Part shown: positions 50,127 through 64,000 of the stretch, piece by piece
Numbering within the stretch: position 1 is the stretch's first letter
Layout of the letters: each line of letters begins with the position of its first letter
Notes under the pieces: generated by a model
Seen by the model: the letters and a program-made list of their open reading frames with translations, nothing else
Databases searched by the model: none
What the model was told of the DNA's origin: nothing
Program-made: the position numbers and the translations under genes
Assembly (NCBI RefSeq): GCF_023055435.1
Contig: NW_025963791.1
Span: 30,256,001-30,320,000, forward strand
Direction of reading: 5' to 3'
Origin: Haliotis rufescens
Taxonomy: Eukaryota
DNA: 64,000 nt

Positions 50127-51152
50127 AGTGAGTGAGTGAGTGAGTTGGGTTTAACGCCGCGTTTAACATTATTCCAGTTATATCACGGCGTGTCAGCTTA
50201 ATGTGGGAGGAAAGCCCACAATCAAACCAACAATCATAGGTTTCTGGCGTGCCCAGGGGACGCAACTCTGCACAACGAATCGCGGCGCAAAAAACGACTG
50301 GGCCACCAGAAATGACGCCGACAGATGTTTTAAGAAATCAGCTACACACACACCACAGGATAAATGTAGTCCTGTTTTATTGTATCGTAGATTTGTTGTT
50401 CTTTCGACCTTAAGTTAGTGGTCATGGATGATCTGCTTGCATAAAACACCACGATGTGGCGACTTGTGACTCTTATCTGTGCAAATATACGCTGCCTGCC
50501 TTACACAGGCACCCAACCCTGCTTCACAAGCCGACAACCAACACTCTACAGTGAGACCCCTTTAATCCGGACCGTGGCTGGTTACAAAAGTTTGGATTAA
50601 CGAGTGCGTGAGTTTGGTTAAACACAGCTGTCTGCAGTATTTATCAAAGCGTGTCAGATTCATGCAGGTCTCAGACGTTTACCAGTTTGGAGAAACACTT
50701 TGGTGTTATGAAACCTAAAGCCTAAAACCTAAAACCGAAATCTTGGCTTCCAACCAGCGACCATAGGTTTCTGGCCCGCTCAGCGAAATGTGGCGCCTCG
50801 GACGAGCAGGTCACACGATTTCCCCTCGGATCAACGAACGATTCAAAGGCATAGGGTAATATGGTACATGCGGCAGATGACCACAACTGTCATTGACAAC
50901 CATAGTCGTCTAAGGCGCCGCGATTCGCTGTAGAGAGTTGCATCCCTTGGGCACGACAGAAACCTATGATTGTGGGTTCGAATCCCGGTTCGCCCCGATT
51001 ATGTTTCGAGGTTTATCAGCACCATGTCAGCTCGTAGGTTACACCGAAGTGGTAAACGCCTGAGACCTACATCACTCCTCCCCCATTCAGCTGACACGTC
51101 GCGATATAACTGTAATACTGTTAAAAGCGGCGTTAAACTCAACTCACTCACT
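50127..51152. mobile_element. Cluster of SINE family B copies: 50127-50307 (-), about 50605-50820 (-, degenerate) and 50903-51152 (+)
   Basis: Matches to the family B head and tail. Confidence 0.8.
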
Positions 51153-52019
51153 GACAATCATAGGCCTGGCAAAAATGTATTTTCCTCTGAGTGCATATAT
51201 AGAGTTACTGGTAACAACATCTCTAGTGATGGTTAAAATAAGACACACTCACGTTTACAGTTCCTTGGGTCATGAGAACACAGGTGAATTCCAAACAGGT
51301 TCCTCGAACGCTGTTGTAAATTGATACCAGATTACTTACGCAGTACTTGAAGTATGACGTTTGTTTCCTTATCAACCTATAAACGTGTGCATAATAATAC
51401 CATAAAACAGGATCAAACATGTCCATTAACTTTCTATTGCCTTTTAAAATTAATCGGCACAGATATATGTAAAGGTTTCAGTAGCATGGCGCTGCTTAAT
51501 CAGGAGTAACACACGTAGCGTGAAACTTTTGAATCCAATGCGCTAGTTACTATACACCGACCGTACTGCTCAATCAAAGTATTGAAATGTAGGATGCGTT
51601 GCATGAATTGAATGATTGGAACTATATCAATGAGGATATAAAATGTCACGTGGTATAACTATGTAATCGCAACAATTTATTGAGTTCCAGGAACATGATT
51701 GTTCATTTGTACATTTGGCGTTGAACTTTATCCGTGGACCGTAGGCGGATAAAATTAATTATTCTCGTTTGATAATAGAACGAATATCTATACATATATT
51801 TGCGGATTGATAAGATAGAGAGGTTTGTAAGATGTATGTACAATCAAACACCGTATTCATTCTATATTCCCCATCATCGGTTGTGTCGCACCTCGGATAA
51901 CACGTATTTATGTAGGTCCCTTCAACTTACATATATACATCGACAGACGGGGAGATTGGCATTGGACAATAACCCATTGCAATGAAACTCACTCATTGTC
52001 CGACAAATTTATGTAAATG

Positions 52020-52760
52020 CACGTGGTCGATATACTGGGTGTATCGGAGGTGACGGTTCACGAGGTCATCTTTGAGGGGCTATGCTGTCCACATCCTGGA
52101 GGTCGGAGAGATGTCGGTTCACGAGGTCATCTTTGAGGGGCCACGCGGTCGACATACTGGAGGTCGGAGAGATGTCGGTTCACGAGGTCATCTTTGAGGG
52201 GCCACGCGGTCGACATCCTGGAGGTCGGAGAGATGTCGATGAACGAGGTCATCTTTAAGGGGCCACGCGGTCGACATACTGGAGGTCGGAGAGATGTCGA
52301 TGAACGAGGTCATCTTTGAGGGGCCACACGGTCGACATTCTGGAGGTATTTGGGTTGGATGTGGAGATCTGGGTGGTGTCAGACCATGAAGTCATCAATG
52401 AGGGTCCACGTGGTCGACACACATACTGGAGGTCTGAGAGGTGTAGGTAAACGAGGTCATCTTTATGGAGCCACGTGGTCGACATATTGGAGGTCGGGGA
52501 GGTGTTGGTTTACGAGGTCCTTTTTTTTTGGGGGGGGGGGGGGGGGGGGGGGGGGGCACGTGGTCGACATACTGAGTTCTGAGAGGTGTCAGTTCGCGAG
52601 GTCATCTTTGTGGTCGACATATTGGAGGTCGAGGAGGTGTTGGTATACGAGGTCATTTTTGGTCTACGTGTTCGACAGACTGGAGGTCGGGGAGGTGTTG
52701 GTTGACGAGGTCATCCTTGTGGAGCCAAGCGCTCGACATATTGGAGGTATTGGAGGTCGC
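52020..52760. repeat. 61-bp GC-rich minisatellite, about 11 copies, degenerate at the edges
   Basis: ggtcgacat recurs at 52147, 52208, 52269 and 52330. Confidence 0.92.
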
Positions 52761-53788
52761 ACGGTTTAAGGGGCCTGTGGTTGCCGAACAAGAGTTCATG
52801 GAGGTCATGTCGTCGCATCAGGCTGCAACTGAGAATTATGCCACTTTGATACTATCAGTATGTCATTTTTATTAATTAATTAATTATTTTATCAATGGGT
52901 GTAATCACAGATACCCATGTGTGGGAGCTGGAATATAAACAACTAACAAACAAAACTAAGATTGTTATTCATTCTACATGACATTGATTCTGATTGGTTA
53001 AAAAGAGGTTTCCTTTTGCTACAGAAACCCCTTTCAAATATACTAAGCAACTTCACGCACAAAAAACGTGCGTATTAATACATCGATAGCTGACAAATCG
53101 ATTCATTAAAAAATGTCTGCCGATCGATCACCCCCATATGAACTGTAAAACTATCTATATTTCCTCTATTACACGCCAGGTTCTTAATGCACGCCAGGTC
53201 TCTAATACACGCCGAGTCAAGGGCTCTCGGGAAAATTAATAGACGGCCTCGCGTCTAATGGAGGAAATACGGTTTGATATCGATGTTTTTGGCGTCCTAG
53301 CTAGGCCGCGACCCTGACTGCCACGGTGTTACATTACAAGATTTAACGAAGGCATTTCTTTTCCATACAAATAAAATGTTTATGAAACTGGAAGGGGCAT
53401 TCTATGGCGACCAGAATCGGAACAGTCTATTTCCTCATTGAAACAACCGGTTAGGGAAAAGTTAATCATATTTCCTGGTATTCGTTTGCATTTTCGTTTT
53501 ACTGATTCGTAGAACTACGTTCAAGTTAATTGTTATACCTAAAATAGACTTTGTTTAATCGGACTCCACTTCCGTGTAATATGTTCACGTGATAGATAGT
53601 AATGGACAAGACAGTGTAGGAAGTATATATTTGTGCACAATACACTTTTCAGAACATTAATAGAATATTAAAAAATACTATTAAGTAAACCTGACTAAAT
53701 TTCTTTTCCTAGTACTTTTCTCGGATACAACGTTTTAACATTCCTCCGAGTTATGCCAAGATAACCGAATGGTCGGTTATTAAACACG

Positions 53789-54067
53789 GTGGCACGGGTG
53801 GCCCAGTCGTCTCAGGCGCCGCAATTCGCTGTGCATAGTTGCGTCCCTTGGGCACGCCAGAAACCTATGATTATGGGTTCGAATCCCGGTTCGCCCCGAT
53901 TATGTTTCTAGGTTTGTCAGCACCATACCCGTGCTCGTGGGTTACACCGAAGTGGTAAACGTCTGAGACCTGCATCACTTCGGGCTTTCCTCTCACATTA
54001 AGCTGACACGCCGTGATGTAACTGGAATATTGTTAAAAACGGCGTTAAACCCAACTCACTCACTCAC
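53789..54067 (+). mobile_element. SINE family B
   Basis: 11-bp TSD ttattaaacac. Confidence 0.92.
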
Positions 54068-54211
54068 TTATTAAACACACTGCATCACACTTCGTACACT
54101 TTGATACCTGCAATGCAATACGTGCACTGGTACATGCAAAATTACATACTGAGACAGTGAGTGAGTGAGTTGTAACAAGTCCCAAGCACGAGAATCTGAT
54201 GGCACACAAGT

Positions 54212-55414
54212 TCAGTAGCGTGTATGGCCATGTGCGTTGACAACTGCCACACAACGCCTCCGCATGGACCTTGTGATGCTTGTGAACACATGATTGGGAA
54301 GACGACGCCATTGTTGCTGCAAAATGGTGCCAAGATCTTGCAAATTATGTGGTTGGTTCTGGAGGGTGCGCAGACTTCTGGCAAGAGTATCCCAGACGTG
54401 TTCGATGGGATTGAGGTCGGGGGACTTTGACGGCCAGTCTATGACGTTGACTCCCGCATTCTGAAGGAAATTCCTTGTCACAATTGCTGTGTGGGGTCTG
54501 GCAATGCCGTGTTGGAAGATCAAACCGGGTCCATGTGCTGCCATAAAAGGCAGAAGTTCTGGTCGCGGTAAGCAGCAGCGTTGAGGTTGCCACGGATGAC
54601 AAAAGCCTGGAACGTGCATTGCCACAGAAAGCACCCAACACCATGACACTTCCGCCTCGAAATCTGTCAACTTCCTGTACACAACACTGGGCGTAACGTT
54701 CATGACGGCGCCTCCACACCCTCGCCCTACCATCAGCAAATCGAAGTTAATTCGGGATTCACTGAAGACGACTTGATTCCAATTCCTCTGAGTCCATCGT
54801 AAGTGTCGCTGTGCCCACAATTGAGTCAGAATCGGCCCGCAGTATGGCCGTCGTGCTTGAAGGTGAGCAGTTCTCAGACGGTTTCGAACAGTTTGCGCAC
54901 TCAGTCTACCCTTAAACAGTTAATTTCTGGTTAATGTAGCCGTCAAAAATCGGTTGCGGAGGTGACGTAAGCCAATCTGACGATCCTCTGCATGTGACGT
55001 CACACGTGGTCGACCTGGCCGAGGGCGATCAGCGGTGGTACCCGTTTGCTGTAGACGCGTCTGTAAATCATAAACAGTCCGTCGACTACAACCCATCGTC
55101 CTTGCGACTTCAACTACAGACGTTCCCGACTTTTCTTTTCTTGTGTTTTTCTTTTTTTGTTAATGACTGCTAACAAATATGGCTGAAAACACGTGCGGTA
55201 TTATGGCCACGTGACCAGTTGCACGTGAAAAAACACTGTTGCCATTATAGTGCTGTGCACATGATTTTGATCGATTCATTTGCACAAAAACAGGTGTTAT
55301 CTGAAGACAATGCGTGGCCATTACTGTTTAAATACACAATAAGGGCCCACAATGAGAACTGGTAAAAAATGTTAAAATTTTAGGATTGTGAAGTTTTTAA
55401 TTTGGTTCAGTATA
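54212..55414 (-). mobile_element. Decayed Tc1-family transposon
   Basis: DRPRPGRPRVT, VVFS-ESR (first D lost), FQHGIARPH (second D lost), WPSKSPDLNPIEHVW and GHTRY; frameshifts; tatactgaac-type terminus at about 55414. Confidence 0.9.
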
Positions 55415-56877
55415 TTACTGATGAAACAAACACAAACCTGCTGACAATACAGTGGATACAACAGGAAAGTCATATATTCCGAGACTGGTCTAGCTATGCA
55501 GTGTGCGTGATAAGGGCCAGACATCATATTATCTGACTTTGATAGTATCTCTACATTTTGCCTTGGAGTATGATAGTAATGAAATTAGATGGGGATTTTT
55601 ATCTGATTTTGTTCCCTGTTTCTGATTTCTGAGAAGGGCAATGACAATACGTTATCATGTCGATACCTTCCATTTTAATAAAGCGAACGGAATGAAAACT
55701 GCTTTCTTGCTCCTATATAGGTTTGCGATACAGGTGTAGCACAAGGTTCGTCTTTGTTGTTTAACGCCGCAGAGATAGCACAGCTATGGGCAAGATAACC
55801 TTGTGATTGACATCATGCAGTTGACGAAGCTCGACATCTGATCAATAAGTCGCCTCTGACAACAAGCATGGGTTGCTTGAATCTATGTTCTTATCCGTAA
55901 TACCCACTTGTCGAGTCATAATAGTCAAATTATTAAAATAAACTTTACGATTTGTATGATAGCTATTGAGATCAAATAAAATGTCTTTGTAACACAAACA
56001 TAAAATAACGAAAGTTTCATTAGAACTTGAGTGTGGGTTATGGAACGCGCACTGTATGCAAATGTCTACATTCAATTTCATTTTCACGTGACTGGAGTTT
56101 TGATTTTCTGTAATACTCGACAGTTACTACTCTTCAATGTTGAACAGGACATTGCATGTTCTTGTAAACTGTACTCGGCATTCTCGACTCGTTCAAAATA
56201 AATAAGCATCTTGCAATTGTCCACACTTGATTATATTACTTAGTAAACCTAATCAATAAACCCCGGCTCTTCTTTATTCTGTATGACAAATTGTTTATGA
56301 TAAGGCTGAATACATACTTTACTATGGCGACCAAATATAAAATCCTGAACTGGCACAGACCAGACGCTTTTAAGATCAATACAACTGGTCGTGGACCGGT
56401 GATAACTAAAGTTGCATGTTACTCTGTCCAGCATAATAGCGTTTTCAGGTTGATGGGGTACGGGTATGTCTATTTGTGTAACGTTGCACACAGACGTCGG
56501 GCTCAGGGAGAGTACGTTTACCCCCATACATTACACGTGACCTCTCGGTGTACTAGTGGTAGCTCAATGTTTGGACTACATACATTTGATGATAATGACA
56601 ATAAATAAAAAATAGTTATTCCATGGCATTTGATTGGCTGACCAAGAAAATGTTGTTGTTTTTTCGTCTATGTTTCTATAAACAGACAAACAATTAGGCC
56701 GCGCCCATTTGCGGCCTGGCTGGGCGATGCTTTGGTTGTATCATTAATATTGCGCTGAACAAGATGAATGATTAATATAAATAAGCAGTCTTTAAGTTAT
56801 TTAAGTGATTCAAGTGTAAAGGGATATAATCACTGTCTCATTAAGAGACGCTGTAATATTATTCTGTTAATTAATAT

Positions 56878-57050
56878 GAGTGAGTGAGTTGGGTTTAACG
56901 CCGCTTTGAAAAGTATACGAGTTACATCACGGCGTGTGAGATTAATGTGGGTGGAAAGTTCGAAATGATGCAGGTCTCAGGCGTTTCCCACTTCGGTTAA
57001 ACTCAAGAGCACGGGTATGGTGCTGACAAACATAGAAGCATAATCGTTGC
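56878..57050 (-). mobile_element. SINE family B fragment; another at about 58432-58650
   Basis: Tail (GAGT)n-gggtttaacgccgc and body gagcacgggtatggtgc. Confidence 0.8.
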
Positions 57051-59070
57051 GAACACGGTTGCAATCTTGTGGGCGGTGGGGTCTAAGGTGCTGATTTTAC
57101 ATCTACAGTATTTTCACTTTGGCGACACCAACTATCATGCTGTCATAGTTGAATCAAGATTAAAAAATCCCTAAAAGAAAGTGGAGCACACATCAAAGGG
57201 CTTCTAAATGTGCCTTGTTTGGACTTACGTGAGTACTTGTTAATCAACACTATTGCTGGAATCTTTCTGCATACGCAATTAAGTTTCCAAGAAAATGTCA
57301 AAAGTGCAGTGAGACTGGAAGAAAATAGGGTGCATGAACGTCAAACGTCGTACAACATTACACATGCTACACATCAAACTTCATGATGATACTTTGACAT
57401 GGCTCGTTCATTCGAGCAAATGACATTGAATGTGAAAATGGCCGCCGGTAAGGCCATGTTTAAAATCGGGTCGAATAATGGCAGCACTGTTAGAGATACG
57501 ATACCTGAGATCATTAAACGTTCAGATTGATAGGCCTAGTAGTTTCAGAGGAGATGTCGAATAACGAGAAGAAAGAAGTTTCATTCAGGTGAGCTACTAA
57601 TTAAGAAAAACTTATGAAACTTCACTGAATGCATCCTATTGTTAAGATGACGTAAGGCAATCAACTGAAGGCTCAACAATGAAGTGTTGTGATTCCATAT
57701 GGCTTCAGGGGGCACGGGTGGCTTTTCGCATCGTACGGGGGTGGGGAGGGGGTTGGGATCGAACCAGGGTCTTCGGCATGACGATCGCCAGTGAACACTG
57801 TGACCACGGTGCCATACTAGTAACTGAATCAGTAGCAGGCAAACCCGTGGTTGAAAGTTGGAGCAACGATGCACGACGATGGAGTGCCATCAAACACCAT
57901 CAGCCACAATACAAAGACACAATTAGCATTTAGTTTGTACAGTTAAACACCGTTCAGTCGAACGTACGCTTTTCCATGCGTATTCGTACGTTATTCATTA
58001 TTTTCGGTTGTGTCAAACCTCGGATAACTTGAAGTGTTTACGTAGGTCCCTTCTAACTTTTGGACGTCCAATCAAAGATCCCACTTCAATCGAGCAGTGG
58101 GCAACTCATCTGCTAGAACTAGTGAAACCACGTGCCCTGAGTAAACTTGACTTTACCATCGATTACCATGTACCTGAACAACAGGAAAACTTTGGAGAGA
58201 TCGGTGGTTTATGGAAGAGTAAGACAAGAGTAAGGCTTCCTTTGCAGTCATTCTTATTATCATTAAAAGCAGGTTCCCAAGCCTTTGTGCTAAATGTCAG
58301 ACCGGGAGGAAGAAAGAACCTTAAGTTTAAAATCTGTCAAAAATCGGAAAGGTCCATTTATCATATCGTATTATAAGAGAATATCCACAATGTCATATTG
58401 TAAAGACTTTATCCAACATGTCATATTGTATAGTGAGTGAGTGAGTTAGGTTTAACACCACTGTGAAGAGTGTTTCATTGTGTATCACGGAGTGTCAGTG
58501 TGACGTTGGAGGAAAGCTAAAGTGATGTAGGTCTTTGACGTTTACCACTTTGGTGAAATCCACGAGCACGGGTATGGTGCGGAGCAGAGACACCAAGAAA
58601 CATCACCAGTGCAAATCGGGGATTCGAACCCACAATCCGAGGTTTCAGGTGTGTGTCCCATATTGTAAAGGGTTAATTCAGAATTGTAATGAAATATTTC
58701 ACACCTACAGCTGTACTGAACATTAAAGTACATGTGATTCAGGGTCGAATGTGTAAGGCCGAATCCCAAATTGGTGGAATATTTTAAAACATTCAGATAT
58801 GTCACGACTAACCATTTGCGAGTTTGACTTGTCTTGCAGATACATAAATAGTACTTATCACATGCAACAATCCAACAAAACAACAATCAAACAAGAGTGT
58901 TAGGTTATTGATTTATTTGACGGTCGTCCATGAATTGTATCTGATTTCGAAATTCATATTATTTATCATGTGTACATTTCATCTATAGAGGTGGGGTGTG
59001 TATGGGGGTAATAATGACAGGCGGATGTAACGAACAAGCAGTTAGAGAGGTCTCCATATGCATCCAGTCC

Positions 59071-61307
59071 CTATGTGTTGATAAATTCCTTGATCTTCCC
59101 ATCACCAGTCACAAATATGGAGCCATGTTTGTCCGACCAGAGACCTTTTGGAGCGCGCACACCATCCTGTAACGTGAGAACATCTCTGACATACTCCCCC
59201 GACTCTGTCAGCTGTATCACCTTGTTGGTGTCCCTGTCTACAAGCATGATGTCTCCTGTGCCTGTAGTTGAGATACCATAAGGGAAGCTGAGTGCTCTGT
59301 CTCCGGTAGGGGCGTATCTCCACACAACATCCCCCTCTGACGTCACACATGTCACGGACTTCTTCTCCCAGTCAGACACGAGTATGTTGCCCTTGTTGTT
59401 GACACACATGTTGAAGGGGTAGGTAAACAGTGTCTCAATGTTGTGTGTAGTGACTGACTTCAGCACGTGTCCCACCATGTCCAGGATATCAACACAGCCA
59501 CAACCACCTGCTGCTAATGATGAATGACTCAGAACAGCGAGACTGATGTAACACTTGCTTGTTGTGATGGTAGAGAGCAGCACCAGGTCAGGGGTCACTT
59601 CTACTGTTACAATCTGACTGGAGTCATGGACAGCAACCATCACCTGGTTCCCCTTCAACTGTGTTAAACCCCATGGAGAGTTAACCAGGGGAAGTCTACT
59701 TTGACATGGTTGATTGTTTGTAGTGTAGAAAGATTTCACACACTTGTTGGAGCAGTCAGTGACAACACATGTCTGTATACCATTTACATGCAGGACTGTG
59801 ACGTCACGTAGATCAGGTTTCTCCACATCTCCCTCCACCCTGCCGTTAGTCGTGTCAACCATTACCGGAGAAGATTTCCGACAGGTTTCAGTCTGGTATG
59901 TGACGTCAATCTTCCCCAGCTGTAGGTCATCTAAGATGTGCTGGGCGTTGTCAGAGTCAGGTGTAAACCTGATGTCATCTATTCTCCTTGTGTCTGCTGT
60001 GTCTGTGTCCCTGACATCCCCCAACTCTACAGCCCCCGACTCCCAGGCCTGATACGCGTCATACAGGTCCATCTCACAGTCCGATACCAAGGCCTGGTCA
60101 ATGAACTCACAATGTTGTCTGTACATCTGCATCTCAATCTCTTCAAGCTTTATAGCTGCCCGAACCTGAGAGATATGAGTATCTGTTTTTGCATCCAATT
60201 CATCTAACAGCTTCTTTTCCTTGTGCTTGATGTGTTCGACGAGTCTGTTTGTAGTTGATCTGATGTGTTCTTTTACGGACGCTTTATTAGCTTTTATTTC
60301 ACTTACTCTTGATTTTTGTTTTTCTATGTTTTTGCTTTTACCAAAAAGCTTTTTCTTAAGACCATTGACTTTACGAGATAACCCAAGCTTTATCCTCGTC
60401 ATCTGAGAGCTGATTGTGACGACAGAGTCACATTTCCTGTGGTAGACCACACAGCATGACTGACACAGTGACTTTTTGCAGTCCAGACAAAGATATTTGA
60501 CTTGCTCAGACCTGTGTTCTTGACACATGACCTTGCGTCTCTTCTTAACCTTCACCCCTTCAGACAGGTCACACAATCCATGGTCACGAGAGCCAGAGCT
60601 AATACGGTGTATTTTGGCACATCTACCACAGAGGGTCTCTTCACATTCAGGACACCAGGAGGTCCCCGGAGTTGTCTCCCCTAGTCTGTCACACAAGGAG
60701 CAGTTTTTGTTGGTGTCATCAACTGCGAATGAAATCGTCAATAGCTTAAATGTGTCCTTCACATTACATTAGCATGTAATAATATAACAGAATACCTCAA
60801 ACTATACTACAACAGACATGTAACATATCACAAGTAATGTGAGGAAAGGGAAAATTATTCCATTAAACCCATTTCATAATCATCCCCAGCACTTGCATGA
60901 TAGAGATCTCTCTTTATGTGCTTACAGATTACTTTATTATAACCTCCACAGTCATAATTATTATTTCCACTAGCTTATTGTGTGGATTAACAAGACATTG
61001 TCGCACCTGCCGTTGTGGTAGCAGATTCCTGTGTGTCAATCAGCCCCTGTATAATGATGCTGGGTTTGATCTGCCCCGCCCACTCCTCCACTGGCCGGGT
61101 GGGGTGGGGGACCTTGGTATCTTGTCGACAGAAGGCACAGGGGATCGTCTTGGACTGTACTGCATCTGGTCTGGTTTGGATGTATCCTGTGACACATTTC
61201 CTGCAGAATGTGTGATCACACCTCAGTGTACAGGGGTCTGTGTACAGTTCCTGGCAGATCACACAGGTGAGGAATTCTCTCACTTTCTCAATCTGGGCTG
61301 TGGCCAT
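59071..61307 (-). CDS. TRIM E3 ligase (RING, two B-boxes, coiled coil, NHL-like beta-propeller); exons 61307-61007 and 60722-59071
   Basis: RING CVIC..CDHTFCRKC..CAFC; B-boxes WCPECEETLCGRC..H..H and CQEH..CLDC..CQSC..H; NHL-like repeats PFNMCVNNKGNILVSD and PYGIS..GDIMLVD; phase-1 intron. Confidence 0.92.
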
Positions 61308-62857
61308 CTGGAAAACATGAAATATCCACAGATGCATGTGAATAGTACTTTCTAGATTGGTGTCACCATAACTGGAACATGTCTTACAATATGAATAGTT
61401 CAAGTTCTGTAAAGGCTCCTACTAGTCTCATAAAGAGATACGACAAGGACAACGTTCTGTCTTCTGGTGATGTTAATATTAGCAGTTGCTGAATTCCAAG
61501 CCCGCCAATGTGACCTGCCTATTGTTACTTAAGGCTGTCTCTTATCTCTCCAGTTGTGTATACCTCATCTTTCTTTCTTTTGCTACAGTACGACTTTGTG
61601 TAACGTGTGCTGATAGCCTCATATAAATATAATACTAAAATACTGACATCACACAAATTAATTTTGTTTTTATGAAGAAAATGACTTCGGAGGTACTTCC
61701 CTCACATAACATATACAGGTCTATAGCAATTCAAACAAACAATCAAGTGGGTTTATATATTCCAACCGTATTTAAGTTATATATTTAATTTGACATTATA
61801 AATAATGCTGATGACATGACAACATTTCGTACATGCAACTGTTGTTACTCTCTTTACATTGAGGCTACAGTATGTACAAACTAACAGATAGGTGTGACAG
61901 CTATTTTCTGGTTGCATTTGATTATTTCCGTCTATGGAATAGTTCTAGCCTATTGCTACATACATGTACATGCACGTGTAGGAAGACAACATATACTAGT
62001 ATAAATGACCCCACAACCCACTCTTTAACAAATGTACCACGTTTGTGTTGGGCATCCTACATCCTACATATAGTAGTAGCCTACATCATAATAACAATAT
62101 CTATCCTATTTACAGAAACTGAATGAGGAAATGTATGCATATGATTCTGAATCATTGTTATTTAATATGCATTAACAAAGTAAACATAAGTATGTACATG
62201 TAGTAACTTTGGTGTCAACTTATGACAATACCGACGTCTACAAGAATTGTTCCTCAGCAGTGTATTTCTACTTTCGGTTTCTCTTCAGCTAAAGACATGG
62301 AGTCTCACCGTGTGGACAGACAACAATCACCAACCAAGACAAACACAAGTACACTGTTGAATACACGACGGAATACATACCCTAAACTCACAGGTGATGT
62401 TTTCAATACTACTTCATCTGTTGACTGATTCTCCGTCTTGATATTTCATGCTACTAGTTTGGCAAAGCTTTCCGCGAAACTTCCCCGTCCTGACACACAC
62501 CGCCCTCATACATCCAAGGGAGGTAAGTGCGGGCGAAACCTCAACTGACACAGTTAGGCTAGCGATACTGAAGAGAATATTCGTTCTAGGATCGAATCAC
62601 TAAATAGGCCGTCAAACTTTTACAGCAATATCTCTACTGTAATGAATATATTATTTAGTAAGTGAGATAATTTGAACACGAAACAAAACAATGTGAAATT
62701 CAAAGATATATTTGAAATAATTCTGACAAGTTAGAGTTGTCATTAATTTTTATTAACATTTAGGAGATAAATATTTCGTTTTGTAAGATTTGCGTGATGT
62801 TATGCTGAATGGATGTACGGAAATTTCATTAAAAATTTCCGTACGGTGCTCCAATGA

Positions 62858-63027
62858 GTGAGTGAGTGAGTGAGTATTGTGTTACGCCGCTTTTAGCAAT
62901 ATTCCAGCAATATCACGGCGGGGGACACCAGAAATGGGCTTCACACATTGTACCCATGTCGGGATTCGAACCCGGGTCTTCGGCGTGACGAGCGAACACT
63001 TTAACCACTAGGCAACCCAATCGCCCT
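62858..63027 (-). mobile_element. SINE family A
   Basis: 14-bp TSD cggtgctccaatga. Confidence 0.92.
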
Positions 63028-63313
63028 CGGTGCTCCAATGACGATGGTTCATTTTATGAAAGGGGTGGTCACATGTTCAAGCCTATTTCTCAGAAAATTT
63101 ACAAACAACAGGAAATTTCACAAATTCAATTCTTTATCACAGTTCCTCATCTTACTTGTAATTTGTAGTTATGCATATCTATAAAATACAATAATCAAAA
63201 TTTAAAAAAAGACGTACATACTGTTTTGCCCCTATACAAGATGGTGTCAACTCGCCTGAAACAGAAGTGGTGACAAGAGACGTCAAACATGTTCAAGATT
63301 TTATACATACAGC

Positions 63314-64000
63314 TTAGCTGGGATGGAAAATGTTGTTTACTGTTACAGTGGAATTACATATGTGAAAGAGACCATGGGAATTAGACAATTGGAAGTTATT
63401 CACGGGAGCAGTGGACAGTGGCAGGATATTTGTATCTTGGACAGGTACCAAATTACGTTCGTTAGCCAGCTGCTGCTATCCCTGAAGAATGTTCGAATAA
63501 TGTCGTTTTTGAGCCGAGCTGGAGTCAATGGAATACGACTTCAACAATTCATCGTTTTTTTGGCCGGTTATTTTGCAAATCTCGCAACTTTCAATACGTG
63601 CGTTTGACAGCCAAGTGACGGCAGTTGCCCGAAGACAATGGTTTGTATACACTTTGAGACCAGCGTTGGTAGAAATTTCTTTCATTATATTGCCAATGAC
63701 ATTTACACCAACTGGCCTCGTGGTCTACCATTCGGTGTCGTCGACGTGGATTCGTCTCTTGGGAGCCTGGTAAGAAGCACCATTGTTGGGATTGAGGAGA
63801 GACATGTAATTCTTTAATGAAATTACAGGACAGAATTGGTCAGATGTTCCTTAATTGCGTTTTTTGGGCCCATTTGAGTCTTTGAGGTCCCCTTTGTGAT
63901 TTTTAGTGACTTGGGAGTGTGTCATTTCAATAAACTTGAACCCCTGTTCATCAGTGTATACACGACAGGAAGATGCAGATAAATCCCTTTGTTTTTCTTT
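63314..64000 (-). pseudogene. Crypton-type tyrosine recombinase C-terminal half with in-frame stops; continues beyond the window
   Basis: TKNHKG, CPV, PVGVNVIGNIMKEIS..AGL, YTNHCLRAT, ITGQKN (H->Q) and LKSY. Confidence 0.85.

Noticed and set aside
50124-50130. CACTATG (ProtoRAG-type heptamer) on the minus strand upstream of the RAG1-like ORF
   Set aside because: It is formed at the junction of a SINE (GAGT)n tail and its target site, and it has no extended match to a left end.
52020-52760. The 61-bp, 73-bp and 31-bp arrays as CRISPR-like arrays
   Set aside because: They are head-to-tail units without unique spacers, in a eukaryotic context with no cas genes.
56000-56600. Possible LINE remnant on the minus strand
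   Set aside because: Only weak, fragmentary motifs that cannot be supported without a search.
58008-58376. 122-aa ORF with faint THAP-like or Gypsy RNaseH-like words
   Set aside because: Too few conserved residues to assign, and no supporting structure.
1-64000. Tyrosine recombinases at both window edges as the ends of one large element
   Set aside because: They belong to different families (DIRS/Ngaro and Crypton), both are pseudogenes, and the left element has its own terminus at 2709.

Overview
Repeat-rich, intron-containing invertebrate genomic DNA; the SINE families with (ACTC)n tails and the gene content suggest a gastropod such as abalone, which is an inference only. Host genes are a cluster of four paralogous BDH1/SDR9C-like short-chain dehydrogenases (+,+,-,+; six coding exons each), an alpha-arrestin gene (-) with a tandemly duplicated start-codon exon, and a RING/B-box/coiled-coil/NHL TRIM gene (-). 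Mobile DNA includes the 3' end of a decayed Ngaro/PAT-type tyrosine-recombinase retrotransposon with split direct repeats, a decayed Crypton-type recombinase at the right edge, dead Tc1, mariner, MULE and Penelope fragments, MITEs, four SINE-like families and several minisatellites. The main finding is an uninterrupted 724-codon ORF (47232-49406, -) collinear with the RAG1/Transib transposase core. It keeps all DDE and zinc ligands, but I found no TIRs, TSD or RAG2-like partner, so it is either a young element or a domesticated RAG1-like nuclease. Second is a headless SINE-like family whose sharply defined 5' end folds into a candidate pseudoknot. All alignments and folds were done by eye.
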